A stretch of 64,000 nt of DNA from Allosphingosinicella sp. (lineage in GTDB: Bacteria; Pseudomonadota; Alphaproteobacteria; Sphingomonadales; Sphingomonadaceae): positions 10,697 through 74,696 of the forward strand of contig DASVVM010000017.1 of NCBI GenBank assembly GCA_036386555.1, read 5' to 3'. Position 1 is the stretch's first letter; each line of letters opens with the position of its first letter. Shown here piece by piece: positions 11,008 through 21,286 of this stretch. Both the position numbers and the translations under genes were made by a program. The notes under the pieces were generated by a model, which was not told where the DNA came from, ran no database searches, and worked only from the letters and a program-made list of their open reading frames with translations.

Positions 11008-13956
11008 ATGCGCCGTTTGCTGCTCCCCATTGCGCTCTTTTCCGCTTTCGCCGTGACGGCCTGCGCTTCGACGACCTCCGACGAGGTGGCGAGCGCGTCG
11101 GACGCTCCCGCCGCCGAGACGGCCGCCGCCGAAGCGGCGCCCGCGGCCGCCGCCGGACCCGTCCCGGTCGCCCAGCTGGTCCGCCAGATCGACATTCCCT
11201 ACGAGCAGTTCACCCTCGACAACGGCCTGAGGGTCATCGTCCACGAGGACCGCAAGGCGCCGGTCGTCGCAATCTCCATCTGGTACAATGTCGGATCCAA
11301 GGACGAGCCGAAGGGCCGGACCGGCTTCGCCCATCTGTTCGAGCATCTCATGTTCAATGGGTCGGAAAACGCCCCCGGCGACTATTTCGAGCCGCTTCGC
11401 GAGATCGGCGCCACCGACTTCAACGGCACCACCTGGTTCGACCGCACCAATTATTTCCAGACCGTGCCCACGCCCGCGCTCGAGCGCGGCCTGTTTCTCG
11501 AGGCCGACCGGATGGGCCACCTGCTCGGAGCGGTGACCCAGGAGAAGCTCACCAACCAGATCGGGGTCGTCCAGAACGAGAAGCGCCAGGGCGACAACGA
11601 GCCTTACGGCCTGGTCGAATATGCCCAGCTGGAAGCGCTCTTCCCCGAGGGCCATCCCTACCGCCACTCGACGATCGGCTCGATGGCCGATCTCGACGCG
11701 GCGACGCTCGAGGACGTCAAGACCTGGTTCCGCTCGAGGTACGGCCCCAACAACGCCATCCTCGTCCTCGCCGGCGACGTCTCGGCCGACGAGGCCCGGC
11801 CGCTGGTCGAGAAGCATTTCGGCAAGATCCCGCGCGGCCCCGTCAACACGCCGGCCAAGGCCGACGTTCCGACGCTTCCGGCGCCCAAGGTCGAGGTGAT
11901 GAAGGACCGGGTCGCCAACGTCCGGCTCTACCGCAACTGGATCGTGCCCGGGATGCTCGACGACGCCGCCGTCCAGCTCGACGTCGCCGCGGGCGTGCTC
12001 GGCGGACTCGCAAGCTCGAGGCTCGACAACGAGCTGGTCCGCAAGGACCAGACGGCGGTCGGAGTCCGGGCCTACATCCTGCCCTTCCACCGGGTCAGCC
12101 AGTTCGAGATCCAGGTCGACGTCAAGCCCGGCGTCAATCCGGACGTCGTCTCGGCGCGGCTCGACCAGATCGTCGCCGACCTCATCCAGAACGGTCCCAC
12201 CGAGGACGAAGTCCAGCGGGTCGTCATGTCGGACGTCGCGGGCCGGATCCGCGGCCTCGAGCAGGTCGGCGGCTTCGGCGGCAAGGCGGTCGCCCTCGCC
12301 GAGGGCGCGCTCTACGCGAACGATCCCGAATTCTACAAGAAGCAGCTGCTCGCCTACGGCCGGGTGACCCCCGCCACCGTTCAGGCGGCGATGCGGAAGT
12401 GGCTGACCCGGCCGGTCTACGCGCTCCGCGTCGAGCCGGGCGAGCGCAAGGCCTATGAGGAAGCGAAAGGCTCGCGCGGCGGCGCCGCCAGCCAGCGGCC
12501 CCGTTACTATCGCCAGCCGCAGCCGGGCGAGAAGCCGATGGCGCCCTTGCCGTTCGTCGCTCCCGACGAGAATGCGCCCGAGCCGCTCTCCTATCAGAAG
12601 ATACCTATGCCGGAGGTCGGCGAGATTTCGAATCTCGACTTTCCGGATATCGAGCGCGCGCGCCTGTCGAACGGGATCCCGATCGTCTACGCCCGTCGCA
12701 CGGCGGTGCCCGTGGTGCGCGTGGCGGTCGAGTTCGACGCCGGAGTCGCCGCCGATCCGGCCGATGCGCTGGGGACCCAGTCGCTGATGCTGAGCCTGAT
12801 CGAGGAGGGCACGACCAGCCGCAACTCGATCCAGATCGCCGAGGAGCAGGAGCGGCTCGGCGCAGCGATCCAGCCCGAAACATCGCTCGACCGGACGGCG
12901 GTCACCCTGGCCGCTTTGACTCCCAATCTCGGGGCGTCGCTCGACCTCCTCGCGGACATCATCCGCAATCCCGCCTTCGAACCGGGCGAGGTGGAACGGC
13001 TGCGCGCTCAGCAGCTCTCCGCCATCGACCAGGAGCTGACCGAGCCGGGCGGGCTCGGGGCGCGGACCTTGCCACCCCTGCTGTTCGGCGCGGACCATCC
13101 CTACGGCCGTGCGTCCTCCGGTCTCGGCGAGAAGGCCGTGATCGCGCGCCTCTCCCGCGACGATCTGATCCGCTTCCACCAAAGCTGGATCCGGCCCGAC
13201 AACGCCACCATCTTCGCGGTCGGGGATCTTCCGCTCGCCGAGCTGGTGCCGCTGCTCGAGGCGCGGTTCGGCAATTGGAGCGCTCCGGCGACTCCGAAGG
13301 GGACCAAGAACTTCACCGCCACCCCGCCGTCGCCGAGGCCGAGGATCGTCCTCGTCAACCGGCCGCAATCGCCGCAGTCGCTGATCCTCGCGGGCGCGGT
13401 GCTTCCGGTGCGTGGCACCGACGACGTCCTGACTCTGAACGCCGCCAACGAGGTGCTCGGCGGCAACTTCCTGTCGCGGATCAACATGGACCTGCGCGAG
13501 ACCAAGGGCTGGTCCTACGGCTCTCGAAGCAACATCGGAATGCGCGAGCAGCTCGTGCCCTATCTGATCACCGCCCCGGTCCAGGCCGACAAGACCGGGC
13601 CGGCGATCCGGGCGCTGATGGACCAGGTGTCGGGCTTCGTCGGCTCCAAGGGCGTCAGCGACGTCGAGCTCACCCGCGTGATCAACGGCAATACCCGTCA
13701 GCTCGCCGGCCAGTTCGAGACCTCGGGGGCGGTCCTGAGCGCGCTCCGCTCGAACGCGCTCTACAAGCGTCCCGACAATTATTGGGAGGCGATTGCCGAC
13801 CGCTATCGCGGGATGACGATCAGCACGATCGACCAGGCCGCGCGCAGGGTGATCGATCCCAAGAAGATGGTCTGGGTCGTCGTCGGCGACGCGGCCAAGG
13901 TGCGGCCGCAGCTCAACGGGCTGGGGCTGCCGGTGGAGGTCGTGCAGCCGAAATAG
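11008..13956 (+). CDS. M16 family zinc peptidase, lipoprotein
   Basis: Lipobox VTAC; inverted zinc motif HLFEH; two M16 halves (LRETKGWSYG). Confidence 0.93.
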   Translation: MRRLLLPIALFSAFAVTACASTTSDEVASASDAPAAETAAAEAAPAAAAGPVPVAQLVRQIDIPYEQFTLDNGLRVIVHEDRKAPVVAISIWYNVGSKDEPKGRTGFAHLFEHLMFNGSENAPGDYFEPLREIGATDFNGTTWFDRTNYFQTVPTPALERGLFLEADRMGHLLGAVTQEKLTNQIGVVQNEKRQGDNEPYGLVEYAQLEALFPEGHPYRHSTIGSMADLDAATLEDVKTWFRSRYGPNNAILVLAGDVSADEARPLVEKHFGKIPRGPVNTPAKADVPTLPAPKVEVMKDRVANVRLYRNWIVPGMLDDAAVQLDVAAGVLGGLASSRLDNELVRKDQTAVGVRAYILPFHRVSQFEIQVDVKPGVNPDVVSARLDQIVADLIQNGPTEDEVQRVVMSDVAGRIRGLEQVGGFGGKAVALAEGALYANDPEFYKKQLLAYGRVTPATVQAAMRKWLTRPVYALRVEPGERKAYEEAKGSRGGAASQRPRYYRQPQPGEKPMAPLPFVAPDENAPEPLSYQKIPMPEVGEISNLDFPDIERARLSNGIPIVYARRTAVPVVRVAVEFDAGVAADPADALGTQSLMLSLIEEGTTSRNSIQIAEEQERLGAAIQPETSLDRTAVTLAALTPNLGASLDLLADIIRNPAFEPGEVERLRAQQLSAIDQELTEPGGLGARTLPPLLFGADHPYGRASSGLGEKAVIARLSRDDLIRFHQSWIRPDNATIFAVGDLPLAELVPLLEARFGNWSAPATPKGTKNFTATPPSPRPRIVLVNRPQSPQSLILAGAVLPVRGTDDVLTLNAANEVLGGNFLSRINMDLRETKGWSYGSRSNIGMREQLVPYLITAPVQADKTGPAIRALMDQVSGFVGSKGVSDVELTRVINGNTRQLAGQFETSGAVLSALRSNALYKRPDNYWEAIADRYRGMTISTIDQAARRVIDPKKMVWVVVGDAAKVRPQLNGLGLPVEVVQPK

Positions 13957-13962
13957 GCTTTT

Positions 13963-14085
13963 CTCCCCTCCCTGTAAGGGAGGGGCTGGGGGTGGGTCCG
14001 CCGAAGGCGGCCGAAACTCGGAGTCAGAAGAAGTCTCGCTGCGCTCGCCTACCCACCCCTGACCCCTCCCTTGCAGGGAGGGGAG
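13963..14085. repeat. Family B palindromic element
   Basis: CCCCTCCCTG..AGGGAGGGG..GGGGGTGGG..ccgccgaaggcgg..tcgctgcgctcg..CCCACCCC..CCCCTCCCTT..AGGGAGGGG. Confidence 0.9.
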
Positions 14086-14089
14086 CCGG

Positions 14090-15154
14090 TCAGCGAATGA
14101 CTCTGGTCACATGCCCCATCTTGCGGCCCGGCCGGGCATCGCCCTTGCCGTAGAGGTGCAAGTGCGCCGCCGGGTCGCTCAGGATCCGGCCCCACCCGTC
14201 CGCCTCGCCGCCGATCAGATTCTCCATCACGACCCGCGGACCCGTCAGCCCCGTCGCCCCGAGCGGAAGCCCGCAAATCGCCCGCACATGGTTCTCGAAC
14301 TGCGAGGTGACCGATCCTTCGATCGTCCAGTGGCCGCTGTTGTGGACCCTCGGCGCCATCTCGTTGAACAAGGGCCCCTCCGGCGTCGCGAAGAATTCGA
14401 GCGCGAGCACTCCCACATAATCGAGCGCCTCCGCCGCCTTGCGCGCCAGCGCCTCGGCCTCGGCGACCTGCGCGCCGAGACCATTCGCCGGCACCTCGGA
14501 ACGGCGCAGCACGCCGCCCTCATGTTCGTTTCGCGGCGCCGGCCAGACGACCGTCCCGCCGTCCTGGCCCCGGCACAGCAGGATCGAGAACTCCGCTTCG
14601 AAGGGGATGAAGGCCTCGAGCACGGACGGGCCCCCTCGAACCGCCGACCAGGCCTCGTCCGCCTCGGACGGCCGAATGATCCGCGCCTGGCCCTTCCCGT
14701 CATAGCCGAAGCGGCGGGTCTTGAGGACCGCAGGCAGGCCGAGCCCCGCCAGCGCTTCGTCCAGGCCCGAGCGGTCGTCCACGGGCCGGAACGGCGCGGG
14801 GGCGCCGCCAAGGTGCGTGATGAAGCTTTTTTCCCTGAGCCGGTCCTGGGCTACCGCCAGCGCCTCGGCCGGTGGGTGCAGCGGAGCCTGTGCGGCGAGG
14901 GCGGCCAGCGGTGCGGCCGCGATATTCTCGAACTCGTAGGTGGCGACGTCGACGCTCCGGCCGAATTCGGCGAGCGCGGCCTCGTCTTCCCAGGCGCCGC
15001 GGGTGAAGGCTGCTGCGACCTCGGCCGCGGGCGGCGCCTCGTCAGGGGCATAGACATGGCATTTGTAGCCGAGCTGCGCGGCCGCCATCGCCAGCATCCG
15101 GCCGAGCTGCCCGCCGCCGACGATGCCGATGGTCGAGCCGGGCGCCAATGTCAC
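14090..15154 (-). CDS. purK: 5-(carboxyamino)imidazole ribonucleotide synthase
   Basis: GGGQLGRML, GYDGKGQ, NEMAPRVHNSGH, RKMGH; GTG start 15154. Confidence 0.96.
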   Translation of the reverse strand: MTLAPGSTIGIVGGGQLGRMLAMAAAQLGYKCHVYAPDEAPPAAEVAAAFTRGAWEDEAALAEFGRSVDVATYEFENIAAAPLAALAAQAPLHPPAEALAVAQDRLREKSFITHLGGAPAPFRPVDDRSGLDEALAGLGLPAVLKTRRFGYDGKGQARIIRPSEADEAWSAVRGGPSVLEAFIPFEAEFSILLCRGQDGGTVVWPAPRNEHEGGVLRRSEVPANGLGAQVAEAEALARKAAEALDYVGVLALEFFATPEGPLFNEMAPRVHNSGHWTIEGSVTSQFENHVRAICGLPLGATGLTGPRVVMENLIGGEADGWGRILSDPAAHLHLYGKGDARPGRKMGHVTRVIR

Positions 15155-15164
15155 TTGAGTGGAC

Positions 15165-15641
15165 TCATTCAGGCGTTTCGGCGACGCCGTCCGTCTGCCG
15201 CTGCCGCCAGGCCTCCAGCCGTCCCGCCAGAGCCTCGTCGGACAGGGCCAGGATCGAGGCGGCGAGCAGGCCGGCATTGGCTGCGCCCGCCTTGCCGATG
15301 GCCAGAGTCGCCACCGGCACTCCGGCGGGCATCTGGACGATGGACAGGAGGCTGTCGAGGCCGTCCAGGGCCTTGCTCTGGACCGGCACTCCAAGCACCG
15401 GAAGCCGGGTCATCGAGGCCGCCATGCCCGGCAGATGGGCCGCTCCTCCGGCGCCGGCGATGATGACCTTGAGGCCGCGCGCGGCCGCGCCCCTGGCATA
15501 ATCGTAGAGCCGCTCGGGCGTCCGGTGGGCCGAGACGACCTTCGACTCATGGGCCACCTCGAGGGCGTCGAGCATGTCGGCGGCGTGGCGCATCGTCTCC
15601 CAGTCGGAGCGGCTGCCCATGATGATCCCGACCTCGGCCAT
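15165..15641 (-). CDS. purE: 5-(carboxyamino)imidazole ribonucleotide mutase
   Basis: [23 protein letters not shown]. Confidence 0.97.
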   Translation of the reverse strand: MAEVGIIMGSRSDWETMRHAADMLDALEVAHESKVVSAHRTPERLYDYARGAAARGLKVIIAGAGGAAHLPGMAASMTRLPVLGVPVQSKALDGLDSLLSIVQMPAGVPVATLAIGKAGAANAGLLAASILALSDEALAGRLEAWRQRQTDGVAETPE

Positions 15642-15720
15642 CCTCGTTCCTCTATCGGGGCGAAGGCGGGGAGGCCAGAGCTTCGTTTTTGCTTAACCAG
15701 ATCGCGCTATGCTCAGCGAC

Positions 15721-16302
15721 ATGTCCAAGCACGCCTCCGATTTCGCCGGACTTCCGGTCGACACTTCAGACGAGAACGCGCTGCTGCGCGCCGCTCTGGC
15801 CGACGCTCAGCGCCGAATCGGCGAGCTCGAGCAGCGCGTCGAAAGCGACAGCCTCACGCCGTTGCCCACCGCCCTTCGCTTCCGCTCGGAGCTCGAGCGG
15901 GTGGTCGGCCTGGCGGAGCGTCACGGAACGACGGCCGCGATCGTCGGGATCCAGCTGACCAGCCTTCCCGCCATCCACGAGCGCCATGGCCATTTCGCGG
16001 TCGACGCCGCCCTGGTCCACGTCGCCCGGCTGCTTTGCGGCCTGATCCGCTCGACCGACATCCTCGCCCGCACCGGCGAGGCGCGCTTCGATCTCATCCT
16101 CGACCATCTCGATCACAACAGCGCCATCGACACCGCCGACCGGCTCGCCCGCTGCATCGCGGACAATGCGCTCGATCTCGGCCACGCGAAGGTGAAGCTC
16201 GAATCGGCGGTCGCGACGACAGGGATACTGCCCGGCGACAAGCTGGACGAAGTCCTCGCCAGGGCCGAGCGCAACCTGGCGCTGGCGCGGGCGGGGGTGT
16301 AA
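15721..16302 (+). CDS. Degenerate GGDEF-domain protein with N-terminal coiled coil
   Basis: DSLTPLP..., HGHFAVDAAL, ILARTGEARF in place of R-x-GGDEF. Confidence 0.8.
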   Translation: MSKHASDFAGLPVDTSDENALLRAALADAQRRIGELEQRVESDSLTPLPTALRFRSELERVVGLAERHGTTAAIVGIQLTSLPAIHERHGHFAVDAALVHVARLLCGLIRSTDILARTGEARFDLILDHLDHNSAIDTADRLARCIADNALDLGHAKVKLESAVATTGILPGDKLDEVLARAERNLALARAGV

Positions 16303-16303
16303 A

Positions 16304-16387
16304 CCGTCATCCCGGCGCAAGCCGGGATCTCGGGGAGACCCGCCGAGACTTCTCGTCCTGAGGTCCCGGCTTTCGCCGGGATGACGG
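16304..16387. repeat. Family C (CGTC-type) REP-like element
   Basis: ccgtcatcccggcgcaagccggga...tcccggctttcgccgggatgacgg. Confidence 0.9.
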
Positions 16388-16390
16388 GCT

Positions 16391-17077
16391 CTACCGCTCG
16401 CTCAGATAATAGCGATCCGTCGCCGCGAGCCCCTCGTCCAGCGCGTAGACGATCGGCTGCCCGGTCGGGATCTCCAGCCCGGTGATCTCGTCGTCGGGGA
16501 TGTCCGACAAATGCTTGACCAGCGCCCGCAGCGAATTGCCGTGGGCGGAGATCAGCACTCTCTGCCCCTCCCGAAGCGCCGGAGCGATCCACCCCTCCCA
16601 ATAAGGCAGCACCCGCTCGATCGTGTCCTTGAGGCTCTCTGAGCGCGGCACCTCGATCCGCGAATAGCGGCGGTCGGCGGCCAGATCGTACGGGCTTCCC
16701 GCCTCCATGGGCGGCGGCGGGATGTCGAACGAGCGGCGCCAGATCCGCACCTGCTCGTCGCCGTGCTTCGCCGCGGTCTCCGCCTTGTTGAGCCCGGTGA
16801 GGCCGCCATAATGGCGCTCGTTCAGGCGCCAGTCCTTCTCGACCGGAAGCCACAGCCGCCCCATCGCCTCGAGCGCCACATTCAGGGTCTTGATCGCCCG
16901 GGTCTGGAGGCTGGTGAAGCACAGATCGAAGTCGAGCCCCTTCGCGGCCATCAGCTCCCCGGCCAGCCGCGCCTCCTCGGCCCCCTTCTCGGTGACGTCG
17001 ACGTCCCACCATCCGGTGAAGCGGTTCTCGAGATTCCAGGCCGACTGGCCATGGCGGATGAGGACGAGGGTGGGCAT
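16391..17077 (-). CDS. gpmA: 2,3-bisphosphoglycerate-dependent phosphoglycerate mutase
   Basis: LIRHGQS, NRFTGW, LNERHYG, AHGNSLR. Confidence 0.97.
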   Translation of the reverse strand: MPTLVLIRHGQSAWNLENRFTGWWDVDVTEKGAEEARLAGELMAAKGLDFDLCFTSLQTRAIKTLNVALEAMGRLWLPVEKDWRLNERHYGGLTGLNKAETAAKHGDEQVRIWRRSFDIPPPPMEAGSPYDLAADRRYSRIEVPRSESLKDTIERVLPYWEGWIAPALREGQRVLISAHGNSLRALVKHLSDIPDDEITGLEIPTGQPIVYALDEGLAATDRYYLSER

Positions 17078-17109
17078 GGGGTCTTCAACTCTCCAGTTCA
17101 GTTAGGATG

Positions 17110-17193
17110 GTCACCCGGACTTGATCCGGGGTCCACCTTCTTCAACCCGAGCCGTAGCAAAAAAAATGGATGCCGGATCAAGTCCGGCATGAC
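17110..17193. repeat. Family C variant REP-like element
   Basis: gtcacccggacttgatccggg...ccggatcaagtccggcatgac. Confidence 0.8.
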
Positions 17194-17209
17194 GTGACTG
17201 CCAAGCGGG

Positions 17210-18343
17210 CTAGCGCTTCCTCGCCGGCAGCTCGTCGACGATGGCGTGGAGCGCGTCGAGGCAGGCGCGGGCGAGGAGGCGGGAACGGTCGGGCGACCAG
17301 CCGTGGACGGGATCCGGCAGGTCGTCATTGTCCTTGAAGGGCATTTCGAGGGTCATCGAGACCGCTCCGAAGCGCTCGGCGAGCTGGGCGGTCGACATCG
17401 ACATGTTCGCCTCGCCCGGCCTCGCCACCTCATAGCCCTTTCGGGTCTGGAAATCGGGGGAGAAGCGGACCAGCTCCGCGCTGAAGCGGTCGAACAGCTT
17501 CTGCTGGCCGGGGCTGTGGCTCGGTATGCCCTCGAAGCCGGCGAGGAAATTGGCCGGGATCGCCTCGTCGCCATGGACGTCCATCGCGAAATCGACCCCG
17601 GTCCTGTCCATCTCGTTGCGGACGCACAGCACCTCCGGGCTCCGCTCGGGGCTCGGATCGTGCCATTCGCGGTTGAGGTTGGTGCCGACCGCGTTGGTGC
17701 GCAGGTGGCCGCGGCGCGAGCCGTCGGGATTCATGTTGGGGACGATGTGGAAGGTGGCCTTCGCGAGCAGCCGGCGGGCGACCGGATCGGCCTCGTCGAG
17801 CAGCCGCTCAAGGGCGCCCTCCATCCACCATTCGGCCATCGTCTCGCCGGGATGCTGGCGCGCGTAGAGCCACACCTGGAGCGGTCCCTCGCCGATCCGG
17901 AAATAGTCCATCTCCTGGCCGTCGAGGGTCCGTCCGAGCGAGCGGTGCTCGACCGCCGGGTGGGAGGCGACCGAGGCGACGAGGTCGTGGTGCCGCTCCA
18001 TCGTATAAGGCGCGAAATAAGCGAACCACAGGCTGTTGGCGGCCGGAGTCAGACGGATCGTGAGCACTCCGCCCCCGTAGCTTGTGTCGACCCGTTCCCA
18101 TTCCTCGCGGTCGGCCGACACGCACGCCCGGTAATTCTGCCAGCCGAGCGGATAGGCGGCTCCGGCGCAATTGACGATCCTGAGCTCGACTTCCCGCCCG
18201 GCCGCGCCGGTCAGGCGGAAGTAGAACCATTGGTAGAAATCGGAAGCATGGTCCTTGACGATTTCGAGGTCGATCCGGTTGCCCTCGATGGCGACCGTGC
18301 GAATGTTGCCGCCATCGAAGGGGCTGGTAACGGATAAGCTCAT
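17210..18343 (-). CDS. M14 cytosolic carboxypeptidase-like protein
   Basis: FDGGNI, QWFYF, ARQHPGE, NPDG, NLNREW, DVHGDE, TLEMP. Confidence 0.92.
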   Translation of the reverse strand: MSLSVTSPFDGGNIRTVAIEGNRIDLEIVKDHASDFYQWFYFRLTGAAGREVELRIVNCAGAAYPLGWQNYRACVSADREEWERVDTSYGGGVLTIRLTPAANSLWFAYFAPYTMERHHDLVASVASHPAVEHRSLGRTLDGQEMDYFRIGEGPLQVWLYARQHPGETMAEWWMEGALERLLDEADPVARRLLAKATFHIVPNMNPDGSRRGHLRTNAVGTNLNREWHDPSPERSPEVLCVRNEMDRTGVDFAMDVHGDEAIPANFLAGFEGIPSHSPGQQKLFDRFSAELVRFSPDFQTRKGYEVARPGEANMSMSTAQLAERFGAVSMTLEMPFKDNDDLPDPVHGWSPDRSRLLARACLDALHAIVDELPARKR

Positions 18344-18921
18344 CGAACCCTGATAGTGCGGCCCGACTCCCCGGGGAAGTCCCGAAACAGGGCCCCGGCA
18401 AGGCGCTCGATCGCCGCGGTCCGAGCGGCTCCGGCGCTGCCGGTGGCGGCTTCGTCGACGGCCCGGCCTTCCCAGAAGACGGTGCCGTCCGAGCGCCGCC
18501 TGATGGCGACTTCGAGCAGGGTGGCGGTGACGTTGGCCGAGGTCCCGGCCGGCGCCGCCGCGGAAAGGCCGCGGCCGATCCGGGCCGCGCTCAGCGCGGC
18601 GATCGCCTCGCGGCTGCCCTGTTCGAGGTCGATGAGGGCGATCTGCTCCGACTGGGTCGTCGAGGGCACCACGGTCCAGCCCAGCCGGCCCAGCTGGCGC
18701 CCCACCGCCGCCGCATAAGCGGGGAATTCGGGCCGGTTGGCGTCGGCCTTGTCGAAGGGCTCGATCGCGATCTGCGCGCGCGCGACGGGCTCGCCGAGGT
18801 GGAAGCGGGCGACGTCCACTCCGCCGGCCGCCGGCCTTTCCTTGTTGCCGGCGCCGCCGGCGCAGGCGGCGAGCGCCGCCGCCAGGAGGAGTGGGGCGCT
18901 GCGCAGAAAAGCTGTTTTCAT
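18340..18921 (-). CDS. DUF4136-like lipoprotein
   Basis: Lipobox LAAC; C-terminal WEGRA...[10 protein letters not shown]. Confidence 0.7.
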   Translation of the reverse strand: MKTAFLRSAPLLLAAALAACAGGAGNKERPAAGGVDVARFHLGEPVARAQIAIEPFDKADANRPEFPAYAAAVGRQLGRLGWTVVPSTTQSEQIALIDLEQGSREAIAALSAARIGRGLSAAAPAGTSANVTATLLEVAIRRRSDGTVFWEGRAVDEAATGSAGAARTAAIERLAGALFRDFPGESGRTIRVR

Positions 18922-19020
18922 TCCGGCACCTCTTGGTCTAGCGCCCCGGATCGCGTGGGCGCTGCAACGATCCGTTCAGCGCTCCTTGCCTTATTCGGGT
19001 TCCCTGAGGGAAGAGGATTG

Positions 19021-20037
19021 ATGAACAAGCCCACCAACAAGTGCGTGGTGCTCGTGACCGGCGGCGCGGGCTATATCGGCAGCCATGCCGTGCTGGCGCT
19101 GCTCGATTCGGGCTGGAAGGTGGTGGTCGTCGACAATCTCACCACCGGCTTCCGCTGGGCGGTCCCCGACGAGGCGGCGTTCGTCGAGGGCGACATCGGC
19201 GACCAGGCGCTGCTCTCCCGGCTGATCGATGAGCATTGCATCGGCGCGATCATCCATTTCGCCGGCTCGATCGTGGTCCCCGAATCGGTCGAGCAGCCGC
19301 TCAAATATTATGAGAACAACACGGTGAAGAGCCGCTCGCTGATCGAGAGCGCGGTCCGGGGCGGGGTCCGCCACTTCATCTTCTCCTCGACCGCGGCGAC
19401 CTACGGCATTCCCGAGGCCGTGCCGGTCGTCGAGAGGTCCCGAACCGAGCCGATCAATCCCTATGGCTGGTCGAAGCTGATGACGGAGCGGATGCTCGCC
19501 GACACCGCCGCCGCCCACCCGATCAACTTCTGCGCGCTTCGCTATTTCAACGTCGCCGGGGCCGACCCGAAGGGCCGTTCGGGCCAGTCCACCGCCGGAG
19601 CGACCCACCTCATCAAGGTCGCGGTCGAGGCGGCGACCGGCAAGCGCGCCGCCGTCTCGGTCTACGGCACCGACTACGACACGCCCGACGGCACCGGGGT
19701 GCGCGATTATATCCACGTCAGCGACCTCGCGGCCGCCCATGTCGACGCGCTCGAGAAGCTGATCGAGGAGCCCGCCTCCAGCCACATCATGAACTGCGGC
19801 TACGGCCGCGGCTTCTCGGTGCTCGAAGTGCTCGACGCCGTCGACCGGGTCACCAACATGAGGATCGAGCGCCGCATGGAGCCGCGACGGGCCGGAGACC
19901 CGGACGCCCTGGTGGCGGACAATGGCAGGATCCTCGCGACCCTGCCCTGGCGGCCCAAGCTCGACGACCTCGACACGATCGTCGCCCACGCACTCGCCTG
20001 GGAGAGGCATCTGGCGCAATCGCCGGTCTCTTCCTAG
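19021..20037 (+). CDS. galE: UDP-glucose 4-epimerase
   Basis: TGGAGYIGSH, FSSTAA, YGWSK, LRYFNVAGA, RDYIHV. Confidence 0.95.
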   Translation: MNKPTNKCVVLVTGGAGYIGSHAVLALLDSGWKVVVVDNLTTGFRWAVPDEAAFVEGDIGDQALLSRLIDEHCIGAIIHFAGSIVVPESVEQPLKYYENNTVKSRSLIESAVRGGVRHFIFSSTAATYGIPEAVPVVERSRTEPINPYGWSKLMTERMLADTAAAHPINFCALRYFNVAGADPKGRSGQSTAGATHLIKVAVEAATGKRAAVSVYGTDYDTPDGTGVRDYIHVSDLAAAHVDALEKLIEEPASSHIMNCGYGRGFSVLEVLDAVDRVTNMRIERRMEPRRAGDPDALVADNGRILATLPWRPKLDDLDTIVAHALAWERHLAQSPVSS

Positions 20038-20046
20038 AGAGGCGCC

Positions 20047-21231
20047 ATGCAGATCAGCAACCAAGAGGCGGAACGGCTGGTCAGGGAGGCCGTCGATGCG
20101 CTTCAGTCGGGCCGGCCCGACGAAGCCCGGCGCCGGCTCGACACGGTGGTCGCGACCGGCCGGGCAAGCGCCCAGATCTGGCTGCTTCTCGCCACCGTCT
20201 GCCGCGCCCAGCGCGACACCGCGGCCGAGGAAATGGCGCTCGACGAGGTGCTGGTCATGGAGCCGCGGGCGGTGCGGGCCCTGATCATGAAGGCCGACTG
20301 CCGAGCCGCCGTCGGCGACCACCGGGTCGCGGCCACCCTCTACAAGAAGGCGCTCAACATCGCCGCGGGCGAGACCCTGCCGCCCGGCCAGTCGCTCCCC
20401 GCGGACCTCGTCGCCGAGCTTGACCGCGCCGAGGCGGCCGCCGCGCAGATCGACGCCCGCTCCGCCGCCCATATGGAAGCCTCGCTGGCGGCGAAGGGCA
20501 TTCCGCCTGAAAGCAGGAGCTACCGCTTCCAGCAGGCGCTCGACATACTGGCGGACCGCAAGCGCGCCTTCTTCCAGGACCCGACCGGCTTCTTCTACCC
20601 GGAACTGCCCCATGTGCAATTCTACGACCGGGCGGATTTCGACTGGGCGCCCGCAGTCGAGGCCGCCACCGACGCAATTCGCGAGGAGCTGCTGGCGGTG
20701 ATGGCGACCGGCATCGGCGACTTCCATCCCTATATCAGGCCCGAGCCCAACCAGCCGCGCTACCACCCCTTGTTCAACAAGACCGACTGGAGCGCCCTCT
20801 TCTTCGTCGAGAACGGGAAGCTCAACGAAGAGACCATCGCTCGCTGCCCCCAGAGCTGGAAGGCGGTGCAGGCGGCGCCGATGCCCTGGATCGAGGGTTG
20901 GGAACCGACCGTCATGTTCTCGCTGCTTCGGGCGAAGACCGTCATCCCCGCCCATACCGGCACCCACAATACCCGCCTGATCTGCCATCTCCCGCTGATC
21001 GTGCCCCCCGGTTGCGGCTTCAGGGTCGGCAACCAGGTGCGGGAGTGGGAGGTCGGCAAGCTGATCCTGTTCGACGACACGGTCGAGCACGAAGCCTGGA
21101 ACAACAGCGACGAGGATCGAGTCGTCCTGATCTTCTGCGTCTGGCGGCCCGAGCTGAGCGAGCAGGAGAGACGGGAGATTTCGGCGCTCTTCTCGGTCCC
21201 TGCCGACCAGGACGAGGGGCCGGGGTCATGA
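20047..21231 (+). CDS. TPR-containing aspartyl/asparaginyl beta-hydroxylase, second paralog
   Basis: IPAHTG...CHLPLIVP...FDDTVEHEAWN...RVVLIF; clearly similar to 579..1877. Confidence 0.9.
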   Translation: MQISNQEAERLVREAVDALQSGRPDEARRRLDTVVATGRASAQIWLLLATVCRAQRDTAAEEMALDEVLVMEPRAVRALIMKADCRAAVGDHRVAATLYKKALNIAAGETLPPGQSLPADLVAELDRAEAAAAQIDARSAAHMEASLAAKGIPPESRSYRFQQALDILADRKRAFFQDPTGFFYPELPHVQFYDRADFDWAPAVEAATDAIREELLAVMATGIGDFHPYIRPEPNQPRYHPLFNKTDWSALFFVENGKLNEETIARCPQSWKAVQAAPMPWIEGWEPTVMFSLLRAKTVIPAHTGTHNTRLICHLPLIVPPGCGFRVGNQVREWEVGKLILFDDTVEHEAWNNSDEDRVVLIFCVWRPELSEQERREISALFSVPADQDEGPGS

Positions 21232-21286
21232 GCCGCGCGCCCTGCCGCCGGGAAGGCTCAGGGTGGAGGGAGGCCGAGGCGGCGCG

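Noticed and set aside
10531-13368. Very long antisense or alternate-frame ORFs (e.g. 945 aa here, 699 aa at 18991, 710 aa at 22712)
   Set aside because: They shadow well-supported genes, lack motifs, and are expected in high-GC DNA with few stop codons
13995-14030. Family B core as a hammerhead ribozyme (stem-loop followed by CGAAAC)
   Set aside because: The required CUGANGA core is absent
15682-15698. CtrA-like half sites (TTAACC here; GGTTAA near 31044)
   Set aside because: Only one half matches TTAA-N7-TTAA; too weak to call
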